Part shown: positions 26,418-38,251 of the stretch, piece by piece | Numbering within the stretch: the stretch's first letter is position 1 | Layout: each line of letters starts with the position of its first letter | Assembly: GCA_051294375.1 (NCBI GenBank) | Contig: CM119264.1 | Location: forward strand, 15,837,049-15,901,048 | Length of the DNA: 64,000 bases | Origin: Paraspadella gotoi | Taxonomy: Eukaryota; Animalia; Chaetognatha | Reading direction: 5' to 3' | Position numbers and translations under genes: made by a program | Notes under the pieces: generated by a model | The model's database searches: none | What the model saw: only the letters and a program-made list of their open reading frames with translations | Told to the model about the DNA's origin: nothing

Positions 26418-27042
26418 AGGGCAAACTTTTATTTTTTGAGAGAATTGCCCTGGGACCATAAGGTAATTGATTGATTTACTGAAATTATTAAATAGTGGAA
26501 TTAGTATTAATAAATGGTTATTTTTGTAGCTTTTGAGCTTCCACAGCTCTTCCACAGCGCTTCCAATGGCTCTACTGATTGCTATTCGATTGTCCTTATA
26601 AACTGTCAACTGAATTACAACTAACTTCAATTAATACTACTAATCGCTTACGGTTATTGATGAGTCAACAATAAGAGAAATTAATATGAAGGATGCTCAA
26701 TCGTGTTCCCAAGTCCGTAAGGAAATGTGCAATCTCTAACAATGTTAGCAGATAGAGGGATGAGTATATTTCACTGGATTCCCCCATTTCTCTTCCCATT
26801 CTCGCTCGAGACACCATTTCTTCTCCTCTTCCCGCCTCTTTTTCCTCCCTTTCCCTTCCTCCTCATCGAGCGACGACAGAAGAGCAAAGAGAGAGATTTC
26901 GTTCTGTCTTGGGTTCTACTTCAGCTCGCGAGCTCCCTCTCAGAGAATATATTTTTTTTGCCTATTTTTTGGACTTTTCCTTTGACTTTACTCAGAGAGA
27001 TAGAGATAAAAATGCGTGTATGATTGAGAGAAAGAGAAAAAA

Positions 27043-27470
27043 AAATCTTAAAAGCATAAGGATCGTCGCAATCGCATACGAAAAATCTGGATTGACAACA
27101 AATTTTGATACTAAAAAAAAATAAAATTTGAGAAAAGAAAATTAATTTATAAACAAAAAGAAAAAATTTATTTTGCGATTGTCAATTAAAAAAAATAATA
27201 AAGTACCGAGGAAAATTAAAGTTACAGTTTCTGTAAAAAAAAATTATTATCAAAAAATAAACTGATCAGCAGACGCAGCCCCTGAGAAAAAAAAAAGAGA
27301 GAGAGAGAAAGAAGCCAAATCGTTTTCGGACGAATCAGCAACGGCAGCAGCAGAGGCACCCAGAAAAAGAGAAAAAAATCAAAAGGCAGCAGAGCCAGCT
27401 GCAGACGACGCCACTTATGAGCAAAAGCGTTACAATATCATCGCAAACGCTAAGCGATTGTGACGATAAA
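27043..27470 (-). mobile_element. HINE-like family 2
   Basis: Ends AAATCTTAAAAGCATAAGGATCGTCGCAA and ATC(A/G)TCGCAAACGCTAAGCGATTG(T/C)GACGATAAA (sub-TIR plus hairpin). Related pieces at 22819-23308 (tandem pair), 29405-29505, 35698-36755. Confidence 0.65.
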
Positions 27471-27895
27471 TAAAGAGAAGCTGGACAGCCGCTGCAGACC
27501 GAACTCGTTTTCAGACGAATCAGAAGAAACTGCGACGAAAAATAGAAAGAGCGACATATAATTAAAAGAGAGAGAAATAGAGAAAAACTGGACAGCCGCT
27601 GCAGAGCTGAACTCGTTTATATATATAAAAATTTTGTAAATAAAACAAACAAATGAGTGTAGGAATAAGAAACATAACAATTTAAAAGACCTCAATGATG
27701 AGAAGCCATATATATTATATATATATTATATAAATTTTCAGCTTCCTTTGGTACTCGAGCTATTTTTAATGTTAAAACAACGTGACAACGACGACTACGG
27801 TCAAAAGAAGCAGAAAAAAATTAACATCTCGCCCAAGTCTGGCATTCGCCCGTCTGGCAAGATGAAAATAGGTAAACATTATTAATTGGCAAGAC

Positions 27896-28086
27896 CTGAA
27901 TCCCTCGATAAAATCTTCGGCTGTGCAGGTCTCCTTGCGTTTGGCAACAGATTGATAAAGGGGGAGAAAGTTTTGAAAAGTTATCATGGTTTGTCCGTTT
28001 TGTTTTGCCTCCAGAACCAGTTTTTGAACTTCAGACTCAGTCGGGTTAAGACCAAGAGCGCGGAGAATGTCTCCGATCTTTGACGC
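27896..28086 (-). CDS. Myosin essential light chain, exon 2
   Basis: Acceptor catatag|GCG. ASKIGDILRALGLNPTESEVQK...ITFQNFLPLYQSVAK...TAEDFIEGFR. Donor AG|GTCTTG. Confidence 0.93.
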
Positions 28087-29827
28087 CTATATGAAACGTT
28101 GAAAAAGTCAGCACTTTCCATAGCATGAGATAAGATCAATTTATATGAAAACAAAAAAAAATAACATACAAGGTGACACACAACCCGCCGCTAGAAAAAA
28201 ATCGACATTTACAAACCTGTGAAGATTTTTTTTTTATCAGAAAGATTTTTTCTGTAGTAAAAAACAAAATCATTTATATATCCAAATTTCATATTGATTG
28301 GTTATGATTTGACAAGTTTGAGCAAACAATGCCGGATCTGCCCACGATCATTAGCGGTAAGCAGCTGATCTGATAATTAATAAATTATTAAATTAAATAA
28401 TTAATTAATTAATATTTTTTGGTATCCAAATCGTTTTACACTTTATCTCGACTATCAATCACATAACAATCTTTTTCATAAAATTAATTAATTAATTAAT
28501 TACTAATTCATTAATAATTAATGAAGCTGGAATTTACATTAAATATAAAAAAAGCATAATCAAATAGTGAAATAGATTTTTTGTTTTTTCCATTTTAACT
28601 TATTTCCACAAGCAAACAATGCCGGATCTGCCCACGATCATTAGCGGTAATTAATTAATTCAAGTTAATTAATTAATTGATAAGTAAATTATTTAATAAT
28701 AATTAATTGATAAGTAAATTAATTAATTAATTTGATCCGACATGTTTGTTTTTAGATCTTTTCGTCACTACGAAAGCAACGACGATGATAATGGCGAAGA
28801 GGACAATAATGCCAATAACGATTCATTTATTGACTTGATTGATTGATTGATTAATTGATAAATGATTTTTTTGATTGATGATTAATTAATAGATAAATTG
28901 ATTGATTGTATAATTAATTGTTTGATTAATTGGCTGAATAATTAATTAATTTATTAAATTAATTAGTACCTACTACCTACCACAGAAAGTGACAAAATTT
29001 TTAAAAAAATTTTTCTAATTCTTTCCTACCCACATACAAAATCCCAGGTCAATCAGCCCATCTACTCATGAGCAATTGGTGTTCAAATAGTGAATATATT
29101 TTTTTTGTTTTTTCCATTTAAACTCATTTCCACTTGGACGATTCCATCGAAACTTCATATCCAGCTCAATTACACACTTAGCTATCCTTACACTAAATTT
29201 TATTCAAATCCATCCATCCAATGACGAGTAATTGGTGTTTTTTGCTAAGGTGGGACGGACGGATGGACGGACGGACATCATTTTTTTTGCATAATTTATC
29301 ATAATTCGATGTTCTGACATGATATAAGTTATTGCCCGACAATATTGAGGGGGCGGACCGACGGAATTATAGAGTCGGGATCTGCTGATAAGCAGATCCG
29401 ACTAAAAAAGGCGATCTATAATTTGGAACGCCGATAACGACGACGCTACTTATGTGCAAAACCACAGCAAAATCGTCGCAAACGCAAAGCGATTGCGACG
29501 ATAAAAAAACTTTTTTAATTTTGACATTTTCTATGGTGAGTACTATATATAAATATGGGCTATGCGAAAATTGACAAACAATTTCAAGTCAATCGCCCCA
29601 TACAATCATGAGTAATGAGCAAGGGGGGACGGACAGAGAAGGACTACAATTTCTTCAATTTATCATAATTCGATATTCTGAGATGATGTAGTTGACTTAC
29701 CAACAAGATTGTGGGGGACAGGGGGATCCGGCTAAAAATCTTCAAAGGTTTGAAAATGACAATTTTTTTCTAGCGGCGGGTTGCGGGGCGTCACCTTGTA
29801 AGCTAAGCAGTTTGCATGAGAACCTAC

Positions 29828-29911
29828 CTCGACTTTTCCGTTCCCCCGAGTCTCAAACAGAGAGAAGACTTCTTGAAATTCACAAATTTGATCTTCGCTA
29901 AGGCTCGACAT
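29828..29911 (-). CDS. Myosin essential light chain (MYL6/Mlc-c-like EF-hand protein), exon 1
   Basis: MSSLSEDQICEFQEVFSLFETRGNGKVE, donor GAG|GTAGGT. Confidence 0.9.
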
Positions 29912-32900
29912 TTTTATTTACTTTTTAAAATAAAAAATCTTTAACTGAAATAAAACTTTCAATAGCGAAGGCAGAGGATCGTAAATAAAACAGATTAATT
30001 CATGACTAAGACAGGTTTCGAGCATAATTTTCATGCTTAGGATAATAAATATAAAGCAAATTCAATTTTATCACCGACCTCATGGGTTTTGACCAGTAAA
30101 GCCTTTTTTAGTCGAATCTGCTTATCAGCAGATTCCGACTCTATAATCACTTGTCGTTTCACCTAATCTTGCAGTAATCCATATTCTGCCATCCGGATAA
30201 ATATTGTAAAAGTAGTCTGTCGTCGCACTTTCGTGATCATGATGAAGGATTGTCTGGGTTAGAACTGTGTGATTGAGCTGATATAATATTTCAAATAATC
30301 CGTCGAGTGGAAATGAGTTTAATGGACAAAAAGTAACGTTACTGAATCTTTTTACTATATACCCAATATTACTATAATTAATCTAATGGATTAATGGGTT
30401 GAAGATGAATTTGTATGCGTATTTAGAAGTAAGTGATTGAACTGAATATAAAGTTTCGGTGAATCGTTGCAAGTGGAAATGAGTTTAAATATGTTGAATG
30501 ATTAATTGATACACTTTCATTACATTCAATAATTATTTCATCGCATCTACTATGATCGCATCAATCAAAAAATATAAATCAATATCAATAAATCTGAACA
30601 TCGCTTTTTTTGACATGATTATTCAATGAATGACTATTATTTTAAGAAAAATGAACTTATCTTTTTAATTAATAACTATCATTATATCAATGATTAACTA
30701 TCACCTTAATAATAACTGACTAATCATCGCAACATCTACTAAAATTGCATAAAGAAATCATTATTATTGAATCAATAAATCTTTAACATAGTGAACTGAT
30801 AGTAAAATTCAAGTTTAAAAAATTATTCAACTTTAAATAAATGTAAGTTGAAAAAAAGCAAATTAAAATAACTATGCAAGTGTAAAATAATGAACAAAAT
30901 ATTTAAAATATTATTGATTTTATAGATATATTTCTAAATATTTTCAAGATTTGTTAAGTCTGTTATGATTTTGTGATTGTTTATGATCTGTAGACAGCCA
31001 AAGATTGTATTATGCATCTGTTTAGACACTTATCGTAGGCAGATCCGACATTGTTTGCTCAAACTTTCGTTGTTCATTTCTGTGAACAAAAAAAACTTTA
31101 TTTTTCAAAGATCTCCAATATCCAGTAATAATTTTTTTTCAATAAAGAAATCAGGGATCTACTGAAAAAATGATCATAAAAAATTTACAATTATTTTAAA
31201 ATAATTAAAGATTTTTAAAAATTATATAATATAAAAAATATAGATACAAGATATTAATTGGTTTTTTAAAATAATATATCTTTTAAAATTTTTTGAATTC
31301 ATGAGAATTCATCTAGGTTAGCATCTTCAGCTTTAGCTTTAGTTAGTTACAAATTTCATAAAAATAAATAATGCATGATGAGGCTTTAAAATAACTAAAA
31401 AACATAATAAAATTAAAAAAGTCAATTTGCATTTTTTATTAACATTTTTATAATAACTGATGCTGGAAAAGCTAAATTGGGTTATAAATAGCTTTTACTG
31501 TGTAGCTTTTTCATGCATACAGTTAATAATAATATGCATATTTTTATTATTTTAATTTTATAGGGTAGAGTAATGCGGTGTGATTCGTTATATGGAATAC
31601 TGACATATAAAATTAAATAAAAAAATTAAATTTTGAAATTAAATTCAAGAGGGGCGGGGGTTCAAAACTTTAGTCTTGAAGTCTACCTTCAGGGGCAGTG
31701 ATTTTGATCGAGAAATTCAGCAAAAAAAAAACCACACTTTTGGAAATATTGCTAGAATATTATCAACAAAATTGATTAAATTAGAACCCTAAGACAAAGA
31801 GGGCTGGACTACGGATTAATTGAAATCATTTGCTGCATTTTATTACTAAGAATCGATATCATTTTTGCTACTTTTAATAAAAAAAAAATTATGTCCATTT
31901 TGACTTGAGATTTGAAAAAAATCTTTTTACTCCGGCTTTCGGGTCCTTATCTTCTTTACCTCTGAGTCGGTTCATTTGCCGTTGGTCATCCATTGTTTGC
32001 CTATAAATTAATTTTCAAATTGACTAGTCAAAAATTTATATTTTATTACAATTTGTTAAACGAAAATACTTCAAAATGTTCATAATTGTAATCAAATAGT
32101 CCTTATCAACGGTGCTTCTAGTACATAAAAAATTAGGGCAAAAAATATAATACTTTTAATGCAAAAAATCTTTTAAGTCAACTTTTAGTTTGTGAGGATT
32201 TTTGAGGTGCGTTTTATTTGAAATAAAACTCGGCTTTTGACTTATTTTAGGCAGTGATTTTGATTTGGGTATTTTCAACAACCTCGACATTGGAGACTTA
32301 ACTAATGTATTATTCTTTTTTTCTCTACTGATACTCAGTATCGAAAAATTTCTTTATTTAAAAACAACAGTTGGCGTAAATTATTTTCTCCTGTAAATAC
32401 AGCATAGAACTCACTGGCGCTGATTTCTCATTGCTTTCAAGATACTGGCTACATACAGAATTCTTTTTACGACCATGCATGTCTATTTACACCTCGTCAT
32501 CAGCGCTTAATTAAGAAGAAACTATGAAAACGCAATCTTTTCATGCGTAAGAGGCCAACTTTTTAAAACGATAAAAGATGCTCGTAGGATCTAACACGTT
32601 TTTTAGACCAAAAAACGGCGATGCTAATGAAATGGAATTGTATAATCTTTTTTCCTTTTCTTTCTCTCCCTCACTTCATTATTTTCTATTTCTTTCTCTT
32701 TTTGAACTTTCCGTCTCTGTCTTCCCTTCTCTGCTTTCTTCCCTGTTTTCTCACGTGTATATGTCGTGCGCGTTTTTCCGTCTCCTTAACTTTTCTCTCC
32801 TACAAAATTATCTGGAAACTTCATGTCCGCTTAGTGTCTCTGGTAATATCTTAGCACCTTGGTATAGCAATTTTATGTTTCCTTGCTCGGTCTATCTCCC

Positions 32901-34171
32901 ACTGTCTTTCTTCCGTTCTCCCTCTTTCTGATTTCTCTTCTTCGCAGTCTCCTCGATATTAATTCACCACTGGTCCGTTCTGTTCTTCTGCGTTACATCA
33001 TGCTCGTGGATTCTCTTTTCCAACTTAAGAAATTTCCTGTCTCTTCGCCCTAGCGCCATGCACTGACATTGACAGTTTCTTTCGCGACTCGTTTCGTCAT
33101 TCTCCCTAACTCCTCTCCCTTTTTTGTTTTGCAGCACACAGTTGGACATCTTTCACTCAACTATCGCCCTATTTTTTCCGTTCTTAAGATCCTCTTAACT
33201 TATTCAGCTGTCTTTCTCATGCAAACTTCACTTCTACTGCTGGCGCTTTTACCCTCTCTTCAACTTTAGAATCATTTTAACATCTATTCAGAACTTAGTA
33301 CAGGATAGTATTATAATCCTATTTTTCTACCACGCAACTCTTTTTATATTGTGAGAGTTTATTTTTCAGATAAAAAGTCTAGTGGGCGTGTGTTTATTAT
33401 ATATCACGGCAAAGATTTTAGCGAAGCTCGTTAAGACTTGCCTAAGGCAGCCACGCCGATTCCTGAGATAAATTCGACACTTATTTTTGTCTACAAAATT
33501 TTTGATCTCTGCGCAAAAACGTGTTGATTTGGAGAAAAGAGGAGAGTCGGTATCTCGACAAGACCTCCGTCCATAAGACGATATAAAAGCGTAATCCGTT
33601 GCGTCTTGTGTGGTGAAAACGATACCGGCCGGCGACTGAGAGTGAGAGTCGTTGCCTATTCGCTGAGTGCAAACTATATTTTTGCTGGTAGAAGCTTGAA
33701 GCAGGCTAAAAAACGAGTATGTGTAGTTGTTTCAGAAAGAGAACGGCGACGCGCTCGGCCTACAAAACCCACAAGCTTACGGACGGCGTGTGAGTGGGCT
33801 GTATGTTAGATTGTTTGTGTGTGTGCACGAACACAGCGAGTGAGCGCTTCGGCGGCGCGGGAATCTTGTTTGAACTTTTCAGAGCGCTTTTTAGGTCAGT
33901 GTGGATTTGCTATTTATATGAGTCTGCCACCGGTTGTAATATATTATTATTTGTATATTGCTGCACTCAGGGGAGACAGAATATTTCGGGTACAGGTCGC
34001 GGCTGAGACGAGAGAGAGAGGATCGAAAAGCAGTTAGTATGTATTGTGTTGAACGAGAGATAGTGTAGAGAGAAGATGAGAGAGACAGTGAAAAATTATT
34101 GAGAGATAGTGTGTTGGAGCTAGATCAGAAATTTAAGTATTGATGTCATTTTAAATCAAAGTTAAACAATA

Positions 34172-34775
34172 TAGGGTTAGGCTTAGGAGGAAGGTACTGC
34201 GGAGGACATTAGGGATTAGGGTTGAGGCACCGGAGATGTACGGGAGGCCTGGGCCCGGTTTAGGGTTAGGGTTGGGAGAGAGGCCGCGTGGTTATATATC
34301 AAAGGCGATTAGGGTTAGGGTTGAGGTACGGAGATGTACGGGAGGCCGGGCCTGGGTTAGGGTTAGGGGAGAGGCATGGAGTTGAAGGGAGGCTTGGTTT
34401 AGGGTTGGGGGAGGGACCCATGGTTGATGCATCGAAGGGCGGTTAGGGTTAGGGTTGAGGCACGGAGATGTACGGGAGGCGGGCCTGGGTTAGGTTAGGG
34501 AAGAGGCATGGATTGAACGGGAGGCTTAGTTTAGGGTTAGTGTTGGGAAGGGGCCGTGGTGATGCATCGAAGGCGGTTAGGTTTGAGGCACGGAGTTGAA
34601 CAGAGGGCTTGGTTTAGGGTTGGGGGAGGCCCGTGGTTGATGCAACAAAGGCGGTGTAGGTGTATAGGGTTGAGGCATGGAGATGTACGGGAGGCCGCAG
34701 GCCGGGTTAGGGTTAGGGGAGACAGAGCACAGAGTTGAACGGAGGTTTGTGGTTTAGGGTATGGGTTGGGAGAGG
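34172..34775 (+). repeat. G-rich complex tandem repeat built on TTAGGG-like motifs
   Basis: Recurrent TTAGGGTTAGGGTTGAGG and GGAGATGTACGGGAGGC (34232, 34330, 34464, 34679). Confidence 0.85.
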
Positions 34776-35139
34776 AGCCTGTAGTGATGTTCATCCCCGT
34801 GTTAGCTGCGCTTTTCATTATATTCGCTACTTTTATCACTGGCGAGGTCACCAGTGGGGGGACTGGCGACATCGCAAAGCCCTGGCGATAAATTCGCCAG
34901 GCGATACATCGCTATTTGAATGAACTACAACTTGGGTTATAGAGTAATATTAATTTTTTTAATTTATTCAATTTTTTAAAAAAATATGTAAATTTTTGTT
35001 TGAACAGGTGCTTAATACAAATTTCTTAACCACCTTACTGACTTTCCATGATTACAGTTACAACATTCCGATGCTGCAGCAGCAGCATTTTCAAAGCTTC
35101 TGTCACAGTCATAATTGATATAATATGACTATAGTAGCG

Positions 35140-35601
35140 GTAGTATTTCATACCCCGCTACTCGTCCGAGAATCAGCAGCACCTATGGCGCCGGAGGAGC
35201 ACGAGCTCCTCCCAACCCAAAGGAGTTGGGTTCGCGCCCTACTGATTCACCTAAGTAAAAGCGGGACGGGGCGTCGAACCCACCTGTAGTGACGGACTAC
35301 AGCCCGATCCGACGTTCGGGACCTTGGGTGCAACGGACGGTGAACTGCTCGCGGCATCGTCTTCCACATTGGTGAGCCCACACTAACACGCTGGTACGTT
35401 AATACACCTCTGCCTGGGCATGTTAACCCACCTCTGCCCTCGACCATTGCGTGTGAAGACGGGAGCAGGAATAGGAAGGTCCTCCTAGAGTGCTCGGGCA
35501 CAACGCGTGCATCATTGCCATCACACTTGCGCGGATGTGGGATGCCTTGGGGGGATGTGTAGTATTTCATACCCCGCTACTCGTCCGAGAATCCGCAACA
35601 C
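35140..35601 (+). mobile_element. Non-autonomous TRIM with tRNA-like Pol III boxes and a twister-like ribozyme in its LTR (family II); 3' LTR truncated
   Basis: 5' LTR (T)GTAGT...TTCCACA 35140-35368. PBS TGGTGAGCCC at 35370. PPT GGGGGGA 35549-35555. Second LTR starts TGTAGT at 35558 and repeats about 35-43 nt of the first. A box 35186-35197, B box 35229-35238. Confidence 0.82.
35248..35330 (+). ncRNA. Twister-ribozyme-like motif, type P5 (family II)
   Basis: P5 CACCTAAG/CTTGGGTG, GA-CGG (T1), GAA, AC (T2), P3 TGTAGT/ACTACA, P4 CCCGA/TCGGG with loop TCCG-AC-GT. Confidence 0.65.
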
Positions 35602-38019
35602 GGCGAAAAACAATACTTATTTGAAGGGAAGATGGGACAAAATGCAGTAATGTAAGGAAATAAAAAAAACTTTTGTCAAAAATACTAACATGATGGAAAA
35701 AATCTTAAAAGCATAAGGATCGTCGTAATTGCATGAAGAAAAATTCTGGTATTGACGACAAAATTTTGATACTAAAAAAAATCAATTTTGAAAAAAAAAA
35801 AATTTATAAACAGAAAGAAAAAGAAGAAAAGAATAATATAAAGAATAGAAAGGAAAGAAAAGAAAGAAAGAATAGAAAAAAAAATAGAAAGGAAGAAAAA
35901 ATAGAAAAGGAAAGAAAGAATAGAAAGGAAAGAAAGAAAAGAAAAAAAGAATAGAAAGAAAGAAAGAATAGAAGGAAAGAAAGAATAGAAAGGAATAAGA
36001 GAAGGAATAGAAAGAATAGAAAGGAAAGAAAGAATAGAAAGAAAGAATAGGAAAAGAAAGAATAGAAAGGAAAGAAGAAAGAAAGGGAAAAAAAGAAATT
36101 AATTTATAAACAGAAGAAAAATTCTATTTTGTGATTGTCAATTTACAGTAGTTTCTGAAAAAAAAAAAAAAATCAGACTGACGAAGTGAAGTAAAGACTA
36201 AAGTGAAATAAAAACCCGATTGTACTATAGCAAAATGATAACATGCACGAATGCGATGCCTAATTTTACGAGTTCAATCCCAATTCAATTTTTTTTTAAT
36301 AAAAACACAGAAGAGAGAGAGAGAAAAGAAAGAAATCAAATGGCAGTAGCAAGAAGCAGCAGGAGAAAAGAGGAGAAAAGAGAGAGCCCCTGCAGAGCCA
36401 GCTGCAGACTCGTTTTTTTTTCCTATGATTATGAATCAGTGAATAGGGAAAAGAGAGAGGGAGAGAGACATGTAATTAAAAGAAAAAAGAGAGAGAGAGA
36501 GAAATATGAAAATAAAAGAGAAAATTTGTTTGTTTTGATAAAACGAAAACAAAAATCATATCTTAAGTAACTGTCCAGACTCAATTTTAAGCACCTTGAT
36601 GATGAGAAGATGTATATAAATTTTCAGCTTCATAAACCCAAATTTAATCATAAAAAAGGCGATCTATAATTTGGAACGCCGACGACGATGCCGACGACAA
36701 CGCCGACGACCACAACGCCGACGCCACTTATGCGCAAAAGTGTTACAATTGTCGCGGTTTGGTCTTTTTAAATATGAAAAATGATAAATACAAAAATGTT
36801 TTCAGATTGATATAAACAGTCTGGATGTCTACCTTCTTGTCTGTGAAAATTTTTTTTTTTATTTTTCATTATATTTAACTGCAAACAAAAAGCTTGACAC
36901 ACTGCTTGTTTATCATAATAAAGTTTTAAAAAATTACATAGCTGGCAACATATTTGATAAAGCAAGACATTGTGTTAAATTGTATTGATAATTTTTTTTT
37001 AAATATAGCAAGGAATTTAATTCTATTATTTATCATCCATTTTAATTAAGAAAAAATATTTCTCATAATAGCCTATTGGAAAGGGTTCATTGACTGACTT
37101 AATGATCAATTTTTTTAGATTTCTTTACTGCCCCCATTTCACAAGATATAAAAGGTCATGGTTATCATGTCAGTAAGTTCAGATTTTCTGTGCCTTTTCT
37201 GCAACCTGCATTCCGATTTTTTTCCCTTTCAAATGTATTAATTAAAAAAATTATTTGAGAGAACAATCGGCATGGGAAGAGGATAGCCGATGGTAAAATA
37301 AAAAAAACAGCTTAGTTACCCTACTTCCCGATCAAATTTTTAAATATAGGTTTTTTTTTTATCTATTTGAGACATAACACTAACTATTGGTACTATTATT
37401 TTTTTATATTTTTTTACGGATCTGCTTATCAGCAGATCCGACTCTATAATTCACTTTGTCGGTCCGTCGGTCCGCCCCCTCAATATTGTCGCGGCACTAA
37501 CTTATATCATGTCAAGACATCGAATTATGATAAATTATGCAAAAAAATTATATCCGTCCATCCGTCCCACCTTAGCAAAAAACACCAATTACTCGTGATT
37601 GGATGGATGGATTTGAATAAAATTTTGTGTGGGTAGGGAAGTGTGTGATTGAGCTGGATATAAAGTTTCGATGGAATCGTCCGAGTGGAAATGAGTTTAA
37701 ATGAAAAAAAACAAAAAACCTGTTTCACTAATCGATTATGATTTTTTTTCCATTAAATATATATGCAGGATGTATTAATAAATCAAATAAATTAATCAGT
37801 TAATTAATCAAAAGTTTTGACGGAATTGTGCCAGTGGAAATGAGTTTAAATGGAAAAAATATAAGTCACATTTACTTTATTTTAAGGACATCGATGATGA
37901 TAAGCTGTATATAAATTTATAATTAATTATTAAATATTAAAATTAATTAATTAATCGATTAATTAATTAATTTTTGTAAGCAGATCCGACATTGTTTGCT
38001 CAAACTTGTTTATTACAAT

Positions 38020-38251
38020 TGAAGAGACAGTAATTATTGATAAGTGTTAATGACAGAACCGTTCAATATAAGCAGTCCCGAGCTTCGGATCAGGCTGTAA
38101 CACCATAGTTACAGGCGGGTTAAGCCACCCCGTCCCTCTTAACTGCCAGACGACCACCGGGCTAGAACCCGGACCTTTTGGGTTGGAGGCGAATGACTTC
38201 CTCCGGCACCAATGGCGCGGATGAACGGTTGGTGGATTTTAGGCCACCATA
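38020..38251 (-). mobile_element. Family I solo-LTR-like unit
   Basis: 232-bp reverse copy of 57368-57599 with 5-bp TSD ACAAT (38015-38019, 38252-38256). Twister-like fold at 38071-38147. Confidence 0.78.

Noticed and set aside
32470-32510. Hammerhead at CTGATGA...ACATG (minus strand)
   Set aside because: No pairing stem II and no intact GAAA.
34172-34775. True telomere or chromosome fusion site
   Set aside because: TTAGGG occurs only in pairs inside longer units, with no pure array and no head-to-head junction.
38138-38192. Twister on the plus strand (TAACTGCC...CCGG...CCGG...GGAGG)
   Set aside because: The L4 loop lacks the T1/T2 partners. It is the reverse complement of the tRNA T-arm, and the real motif is on the minus strand.
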